64,000 bases of DNA, taken from the NCBI RefSeq assembly GCF_009914755.1, contig NC_060926.1; one strand, 5' to 3'. This DNA comes from the human T2T-CHM13v2.0 reference genome, Homo sapiens. Made by a program: the position numbers and the translations under genes. Positions 54,964-64,000 of the stretch are shown here, piece after piece. How positions within the stretch are numbered: position 1 is the stretch's first letter; each line of letters starts with the position of its first letter. The notes under the pieces are model-generated. The model was given only the letters and a program-made list of their open reading frames with translations, was not told where the DNA came from and did not search any database.

Positions 54964-56190
54964 TCAGTGATTTGTGAAATCCAGAGGTCTGGTGACCACT
55001 TAATTGGGGGCAGAGTCCAAACTCCTTCCTCTGGCATGAGGCTCTCTACAATTTTGCCTGCACCTGCCTTGACCTTTCCAGCCTTCTCTCTCACCATTCC
55101 CCCACCCTCTGCTCCTGCCAATGGACAGAGTCTCTTGGCTTTTCACCCCATCTTTCCCCTAGGCCAGGCCTGTCCTTTCCTGGTTGCCTCAGCCTACAGC
55201 AATCTCTCCCTCTCAACTGCCTCCTCTCAATCAACTCCTTTCTCCTTGGACAGTGCTTTCATTGGGCCAGTTTGCCCTTTCCTGCATTTCTGCCTGTGTT
55301 CCAAACCCTACCTTCTGGGAGGCTGGCATTGCCCAGTCTCTACAACGCCCTCTTCCCACACAGCCTGGCAAGGTGGATCTACGAGAAGGTGCTCCCCTCC
55401 ACCTCTCTCTGCAGCCTCCCCTCGAGCTGAGCTGATGATGTCCAGGTTGTGGTTGTCTCACCAGCAATGAGAGCCAGGAGAGGAAATGAGTTTCAAGGTT
55501 TGAAAGGCCACATTCACAATCATTAAGAGGGGAAGTAAGCAAGAATCACTCCCCTGTGTTATCCGGTTGCACAATCCTAGAACAAAGAGGCCACTGATAG
55601 GAATTACAGGAAAGTCGGTGCACAGCTAATGCAGAGAGAATTCGGTTTGCAAACTCCACCTGTCAGGATGGAGGCCTCGGAACATGGTTAGATGATTCTA
55701 GGGCAGTAGAAATAGTTCTCTGACATAATTGTAGTTATGCAAGCTATAATAATGATACACTTCCTTAAAAACTTGGATTTTAGAATATAAATAGATTGCT
55801 TTCAGGGGATTAGAAAAGCTCTTCCCACAAAGGCTTACCTGCTTCCCCAGCAAAGCATATCTTGGGAGCTTCATTTTTCTCAAGTGCCAATGTCATCATC
55901 CCAAGTAAAACATTTTTTAAAAAATAGGTAAAAATAAATCTTCAACCTATCAACAGGCCAGCCACGTACTCAGCACTGGGTTATAGGCTGTCCAAAATAC
56001 AAGTTTAGCTTTAGTTGGGGATATATGAAAAAAACGATAAACAATGTAAAACTGAATATTCTTGAAATCTGCAAAACTGATGACGAAGGCCTTGTGCCAT
56101 GTGTAACTCAATGTCCTTTACACGAGGACTTAGTGGTAAATTCTGCTTAAAATGTAAAGTCAAGGAAAACGTTTTCTAAAACAATAAGCA

Positions 56191-56335
56191 GACCGGGCAC
56201 GGTGGCTCATGCCTGTAATCCCAACACTTTGGGAGGCCAAGGTGGGAGGTTCACTTGAACCCAGGATTTTGCGACCCCCTTGGGCAACATAGTGAGACCT
56301 GGTCTCTACTAAAAACCGAATAACAATAATAATAA
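56191..56335 (+). mobile_element. FLAM / Alu left monomer
   Basis: Left arm with an (AAT)n tail. Confidence 0.88.
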
Positions 56336-56781
56336 GTAAAGCTTTCCCAAATGAGGAGTGCCTGCAGCCGCCGGCTCTACGGCCCATGGGCAATACGCTG
56401 CAGGCTGCCCGGCCCCAGCCTGATGCTGCATCAGCCTCCCCAGGGTCAGCTGCCCTCACCTACTTGCCTGTCTCCACCCAGCCGCCAGGGTTCCAGCAGC
56501 TGCTGCCTCCCCCTCTCCTGTGGGACTGAATGATTCTGGCTTCTCCTTTGCCTGGATCTGTCTTTGCCCCCTTTACCCTTCTTTGAGTGTCTCACAGCCT
56601 GGGTAGGGGAGCACCTCTCTCCTTCTCCCTCCCCAGTCCCCAGCTCCCAGTCACCACTGAGGCAAAGCCTGGGGCCTCTCTTGCCCAAGAAGGGAGAACT
56701 ACAGTGTTGATCTATCTCAGTCTGTCAGGGGCACAGAGAAAAGTGTTATGTTAGACTCCCTCAGTTGTCCAAACAGCCTGC

Positions 56782-56845
56782 CCCTCCCTCCGTTCCTCCC
56801 TTCCTTCCTTCCTTCCTTCTTTCCTTCTTTCTTTCCTTTCTTGTT
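56782..56845 (+). repeat. (TTCC)n/(TTTC)n pyrimidine tract
   Basis: Read directly from the sequence. Confidence 0.85.
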
Positions 56846-57759
56846 TTAAGTTACCACTTTATTATGTAAATAAAACTCAAACAGAAAACTGCGCAAAATG
56901 AACATGCAGCTGAATGGATTAGGGTAGGGTGAACCCCTGTAACCAACTCTCCCTGCTCTCCCCGCCTACCTCCCACCTCAGGAAAAGCAACTCCATTCAC
57001 CCAGTGCTGTGTCTAGAATCACTGGCCTCCTCTCAGTTCGCTTTCTCCTTCAAACCCACAGCCATCCAGACCTGTTGATTCTGTCTTCCCAGGCTCTCCC
57101 CGTCCGAGTGCTGAGCCTGGATGGGGCCAGCCCCAGTCTCTCCCCACTGTCCTTTCTGTTGCAAGAGGCCTCTGAGCCCTGCAAGCCCCCAGCTCAGCCA
57201 TGGGAGGTTGTAAGAGATGGGGGTGGGGACAGTGGGGAGCCTTGGGCACAGTCAGGGGCAGTGGCTGCAGAGAGGCCTCTCCCTGGCTCCAGCTCCCATA
57301 GGATAGACCCATGGGGGCCTCAGAGTCATCAACACCACCTTTGTCTTCCTCTCCTTGTTGGGGGGTGGGAGTGGCTTCCTGCCTCCCCACCCTGATTGCC
57401 ATGCTGGCTCCCCTCTCACCAGAGTAATCAATCCCGGCATTCGACCCCTCTGTTGTAGAGGCACTTACTCACCCCTTCTCCACAGCCCTCACCCCTCCCT
57501 GCAACAGCCTCCTTGCAGGCCTCCAGAGCTGCTCCGCTCTTCCCTCCCAAACATGACTGACCACACGTCTGGTGTGACTAGAACAATATAACTGGCACAC
57601 CGTCCCTGCGTACTTACACACAGACGCCTCATTCTCAAAATTATCCTGGGTGGGATAGTAAATTATGAGGACTTCCTACCCCACACTTCATTCTCGCCAC
57701 AGTGGCCTTCAAAAACACAAAGCAGATCTCATCATTCTCCTGCTCAGAATCCTCTAAAA

Positions 57760-57975
57760 CATGCCCATTAAGATGGCTAGTATTAAAAAAAAAAGAAGGC
57801 AATAACAAGCACTGGCAAAGGCGTGGAGCAATGGGAACCCTTGTGTATTGTTGGTGGAAGTGTAAAATGATGCTGCCGCTATGGAAAACAGTACGGCGGC
57901 TCCCCTCAAAATTAAAATGGAATTGTCATATTACCCAGCAATCTCACTTCTGGGTAGGCAGCCAAAAGAACTGAA
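57760..57975 (+). mobile_element. L1MB ORF2 C-terminal fragment
   Basis: cccattaagatggctag...ggaacccttgtgtattgttggtgg...ctatggaaaacagtacgg. Confidence 0.8.
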
Positions 57976-58858
<883 letters not shown>

Positions 58859-59344
58859 CTAAGAAAACAAGAGTGTCAAGTCCTGCAGCTGAAAGTGCCC
58901 TCCCACGTGAGTATATGTCTCCTCCCAAGCATGACTCTTGGAAAGGAGGGAGTGAGCAAGAATGAGGCCTGGGGAAGAAGGGGTCTGGGACGGACACCAG
59001 GAAAGGATGGAAGGTTCTGGATCTCAAGGAACCCACAGTGGCTCTCTGGAAAGATGGCCAAGTTGAACTTTGTCCCATTCCTGGCTGAGTTCTCCCACTT
59101 TCCCACTCTCACCCTATGAGAGCTGATTCGAGAACAATAGGTTTTGATCAACACCTGACTGACATCTACGAATGTGGTTTTTTAGGGTCAACATCTCCCG
59201 GATGTAACAACTAATTTGGAACATAAAGAAAATGAGAGAGAAACCCTTGTCCAACATGTTATTGAATCATGCATTGTTTGCTTCAGATTCAGAGTTGGAA
59301 ACAATCTGACTACCAGAAACCAAAAAGCAGATTAAAAAGGAATA

Positions 59345-60410
59345 ACACTAATCAACATTGTTAAGCTTCTATCACGTGCCAGTCACTTCATATGCACTTT
59401 CTCTCAATTGCACAAAAAGCCTTGCAAGGTGAGTATTACTGACACTGCATTACAGATGAGAAAACTGGGGCTCAGGGGGTTCATGAGCTCGCCCGAGTCT
59501 GACCCCAGAGCCTGTTCTCCTGGCTGTATATCATCTGCAGTTTCAGGGTCAAAGGCCGTTCTATTAAATCATCTGCACAGCCCGTTTTCGTACTTCAGAT
59601 GAATAACCCTTTGGTTGATTTATAACTTTTAAAGTGTGACTAGTCAGTCATAATGGCTGACCAGAGCAACTTAGGCATGGTTTATGAGCAGAAATGGTAT
59701 TACGAACAGAAAAGGTATATATTGTCTACTATATGCAGAGTCCAGGCTACAAACTGTGACGTTTGTGAAAAAATTCAAGTTGCAATGCCTGCCCTCAGGA
59801 GCTTAAAATCTAGTCCTGATATCTTGCTGTTTTGGATGCTTTCTTCACCCTGCACCCTGATGGCCACCCTGTTCTATGGCCGATACTGCTGCAATGGCCT
59901 GTGCGCCATTAGTCACACACTCAGAGGGCACCATCGCAGGCCGGGTCTGCCCTCGGCACTTGGCATGGAAAAATGAAGGCTGTCTGAGCCTCAGTTGCTT
60001 TATCCACAGGCGGGGCTCATGATCCTTGTCCTGCCTCTCGCATGGGGATTGCAGAAAAATAAAATGAGATAATAGAAGTGATCGCACTGCAAAATGAAAA
60101 GCATTCTATCAGTCTAAAATGGTATTTCTTATGATTTATGACTGGAAACCTTTGCTTTTTATTTTATTGGAGACTTACTTGATTCCAATTTGAGCTGATA
60201 TTGTGGTTTTTACAGAACAGACTGCCATTTATTGAATTCCTGATTTGTGGCAGACACATAGATTATCTCATTTAATCCTCACAACAGCTCTGTGATGTAG
60301 GCACTATTATTATTATCCCCATTTAACCAATGAGGAAGCTAAGATTCGGAGAGCTTAGGTGAATGGCAGAGGAAAGACGTGGCTGCAGGCTTGTCTGTCT
60401 CCACAGCCCA
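59345..60410. mobile_element. Cluster of MIR copies (59345-59540 minus, 59975-60120 plus, 60225-60410 minus)
   Basis: ttacagatgagaaaactgggg; gagcctcagttgctttatc; tctcatttaatcctcacaacagc...atgaggaagctaag. Confidence 0.7.
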
Positions 60411-61519
60411 TGTCGGGCCACCAGGATCCAGGTCGCAGCAGAAGAAACAACCTTAGGACTGAGAGCAAGCAGGCATTTCTACCCACTCAATGCATCAGCG
60501 CTCAGGCAAGCAAGAGGTGCCTTGCTATGGATGCTTACTTAAGAGGACACACCCTTGGCACGGGTGGTTCTCCAAATACAATAACACAAGCCAGTGAGGA
60601 TGCTCAGATTTAGAAAAGCAAAACTCACATCAAGTGCATCACCCCTAAAGCCCCCCAGCATTGTGTATGAACAGTGACCCCCACCTAGAGACACACACAT
60701 CAAGAGTGTGTGGCTGGCATAATCTCACCAGATTACTAGGAACCTGGTCTGTTTGTATTACCTCAGATGTTTGTTTTTGCTTACAAGCCGGGTATGATGT
60801 TGAGACAAATTATCTAACAACCCTCACAGATGAATGATATTTTCCTAGTTATTAAAGGTCATCTGCAGTCACTGCTGTATTGCAAGGCTTCTCACCGTGG
60901 AACTCGGTCCCTTCTTCCTGTCTGAAACTGTTCAGCTATAGAAAGATTCCTCCTCGGCTTCCAAAAAAGAAAACCAAGTTGATATTTTGCCGAATTTGAA
61001 TTGCAACCAGAAAAGAAGGTCAAGTTTTAAAAGAAGTAACACGGGAGGGGATTGTAATTAAATCGCTCTGGGCTGGGTAGGGATGATTCATTTCAAGTAC
61101 ATAACATTCTGGGAAGCATGTGACCAAAGGTATTTTTCTAAATAACCTCAAGTACTAGTCAAGTGAGTCTTTAAATTGCATGCCAGCGACATCTCCTAAC
61201 TGGTATTTTGCTTGGCAGGCGCTGAGCCACCACCACAGCCCGGATTTTCCTGCAGGCAGAGCCCAGTCTTGTTTCGGCAGTCATGCCTGCTGCTTTTTGC
61301 TTCTGCCTGGAAAGATGGCACAGCTGCAGAGGATAGGCACATTTGGTGGCCTCTACCTGTCAAGGGTGACTCTACTCAGTTAGGGGGTCTTCTCTAAGGC
61401 CCATGAAGATGGCATGACCAGAGTCCTTGGGTTGGGTATGACAAAGCCTTAGGTTTTCTCCAAATGGTGGCACTGCTGAAATTCTACCTCTTCCAGGAAA
61501 TTTTTGTCAAAAACAATGA

Positions 61520-61975
61520 GGAGACCCTAGGTGATGGCCACTCAAACATCACCCCCCTTACTCTGACAGTACCCAGCCCCCACCCTCATGCTGCTCCACT
61601 CCCATCATCCAAATTGTGCCCAAGGTTGCTGTCAGATTAGTATAGTGACTCTTCTCTCAAGATGCACCAGGGTATGTCCTGGCGTGACCACCTGACCCAA
61701 GCTGAGCCCATCAGAGACCTTTCAAAGCCAGACCACAAAAGTGGAGGAAGCTGATCTCTAGAAGAGAAGGACAATTGATCAAATGTCCAGAGAGGGGCAG
61801 GACTAAATTTAGCAACAGAGTGTTCTGAGGGTGTTTGAGTCCCTGGTCTGTTTGCCCTGACATCCAGCTATTCCTAGATCCTGCAGGACACCGAGCCTTA
61901 AAATTAGTTTCCTTGTTCTCTCAGGCTGGTTCAAGTGCAGTGTCTGTCACTTGCAACCAAAAGATTCCTAATAAT
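61520..61975 (+). mobile_element. MLT1K/L-like LTR
   Basis: tgacccaagctgagcccatcaga...tttgagtccctgg...tctgtcacttgcaaccaaaagattcctaa. Confidence 0.6.
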
Positions 61976-62298
61976 GTCACCTGACTCTCTTTCACTCATG
62001 ATCTCACTATTACATATGAAATCTCTGTAATTGTACTTTGTCTACTTGCACAGGCATCTGGTTTATAGGTGGACTTACTTTAAGAAAGCTTGATATGTTC
62101 AAATGCAAATAATCCAGCCTGAAGAATGATGGATAAGTATTAACACCCCCTAAAGAATTTTTTATTCTACAAAAAAAGAACTTACTACATGGGGTTTTTT
62201 CCAATTACCTAATGCATTTTCCTAATGCGTGAAAAGTATTCTTTTGAATTCAAAGTGTTTATCAAAGAGATTAGTAAAATAAATTATGATGCACCATA

Positions 62299-63155
62299 TG
62301 TGTTAGTCTGTTCAGGCTACCCTAACGAAGTACCACAGACTGGGTGGCTTAAAAACAGAGATTTATTGTCTCACAGTACTGGAGTTTGGAAGTCCAAGAC
62401 CAAGGTGTTGGCAGAGTTGGTTTCTTCTGAGGCCTTTCTACTTGGCCTGTAGACAGCCATCTTCTCCCCGTGCTCTTCAGATCAACTTCCCGCTCTATGT
62501 GTCTAAAGTTCCCCTTTTAATCATGTGAACAAATGTGAACCTGAAAAAGCCAACCCTTTAAGTGGCTAACTGGGCCTAAATTTAAAATAGAGCCAAGCAG
62601 CCATTTGCTGCCTAGAGGTCACGCATGTACTCTATGTTCTCCCAAAAACCCACACTTTTTAACCTTTGGGACTTTCAGAGCTCACCATAACCAACCAATC
62701 AGTGCTCATCTACCTTAGCCAATCAGGGCTCAGCTGTATCTAGCAATGGGCACTCAGCTGCACTGACCAATAAGAACTCAGTTGTGTCAACCAGTAAGAA
62801 CTAAATGAATCTCAATCCTTCATTTGCATAAATGGACCTGATTGGGAACCTGGGCAAGAACTTTTGCTATAAAACCTGTCTTCCTTTTGCTCTCTGGAAC
62901 AAATTTTTGTTTCATAACAAAGGCTGTGTTTTCCTAGTTTGCAAACTGTTTACTAGAATAAAGTCTCTTTCTTCTAAATTCTTTTTCAAAGAACTTTTGT
63001 TCACAATAGGAACACCAGTCATTTTGGATGAGGGCCCACTTAATGACTTCGTTTTTACTTAATTAATCTGTAAATACAATCTACATATAAGGTTACATTT
63101 TGAGGTACTGGAGTTACATATCTTTTTGTGGGGGACACAATTTAACCCTTAACAT
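62299..63155 (-). mobile_element. MLT1A-like solo LTR, split by a second LTR
   Basis: tgtgttagtctgttcaggct...cagactgggtggcttaaa; resumes at acaccagtcattttggatgagggccc...ggggacacaatttaaccct. Confidence 0.85.
62524..63005 (+). mobile_element. Complete ERV solo LTR (LTR47-like)
   Basis: 10-bp terminal inverted repeat tgtgaacaaa/tttgttcaca, repeated CCAAT units, TATAAAA at 62868 and AATAAA at 62957; family name uncertain. Confidence 0.75.
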
Positions 63156-64000
63156 TATAGAATGAAATACTATACAGCCAGGACAAAGAGGGAGAGGTGT
63201 TGAGTGTGCTGAGAGTAAAAATCTCCTTACAAAGCATGTGAAAAAGCCAGTCCTCATGCCTGTATATTTTGAACCCCCTGTAAATTATGTGTGTGGGTGT
63301 GTGTGCATGAACATGAACATATATACATACATACAGGTGTGTTTCTTTAAGTTCTGAAAGAAATCAAGAAAACAAAATAGCCTTTTTGAAGAGGAAATTG
63401 TAGAAGAAGGGAAAGAGATGAACTTTTCATCTGTGCTTTATTGAATTTCTATTTCTATATTTTCTGAATCATACATATTTCTTTTCTTGCTTATAATTTT
63501 CTGCATCCTATTAAAAATGTAAGCTATGTACTGCCTTAAAAATATGAGTTGATTTACACATCAGTTCTCAGAATAGGTTTTGTGTGCCAAGCATGACCTA
63601 CATTCTGTGTACCTGTGTGTATTGGTAGGCTCTTAAAGGTTGTTTGTTTTAACCCACACATTGTGGGGCCTGGCATGGTTGGCCAGGAAATCAGGTCCCT
63701 CCTAGTGTTGTGGAGACAGTGATGAGGAGGGGGTGATGGTGATGTGGGTAATGGTGAAGAAAACAAAGTTGGTCATGGCGTGTATACTGGCTAGAACTGC
63801 TTTCTCAGATGATGAAATAGAGGCTTTTTCTTATATACCAACAGTCATCAAGCAAGACCTGTATCAGAGGACTTGGTCTACCATAGACTGTTACTACATC
63901 TAACACCTGCTACGCTTTTGTAGGTTCAAGAAAGATATCCTTGGAAGGAAAAAGAAGGTTGGATTCAGTGCATCATTTTTACTTTACAGAGCCCTGTCTT

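Noticed and set aside
54880-55470. Longest ORF in the track (196 aa)
   Set aside because: Starts inside an AluJ, reads through its poly(A) as a Lys run, and continues as S/P-rich low-complexity sequence with no recognisable domain

Overview
Primate (very probably human or great-ape) non-coding genomic DNA, either intergenic or deep intronic. Roughly two thirds is recognisable interspersed repeat: about 24 Alu/FLAM copies (J, S and Y ages), young and ancient L1 fragments, MIR and L2, MaLR/ERVL solo LTRs (MLT1, MLT2, THE1, MER68-like, LTR16-like, LTR47-like) and DNA transposons (MER5, MER3, MER58, MER47, Tigger3, and a decayed hAT transposase). I find no protein-coding exon, CpG island or intact RNA gene, and the supplied ORFs are repeat-derived or chance. 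I see no new multi-gene system. The most notable small features are: (1) a TSD-flanked retrocopy of the 5' half of tRNA-Ile carrying G at wobble position 34, as expected from reverse transcription of an inosine-edited tRNA; (2) a Tigger3 element nested in inverted orientation inside another Tigger3, making a ~500 bp palindrome; (3) solo LTRs retaining promoter architecture (five CCAAT-like units at 24-bp spacing plus octamer plus TATA; an ETS-CRE composite; a DUX4-type motif); and (4) traces of Alu-mediated deletion. Repeat subfamily names come from remembered consensus sequences. Boundaries are approximate unless a TSD is quoted.
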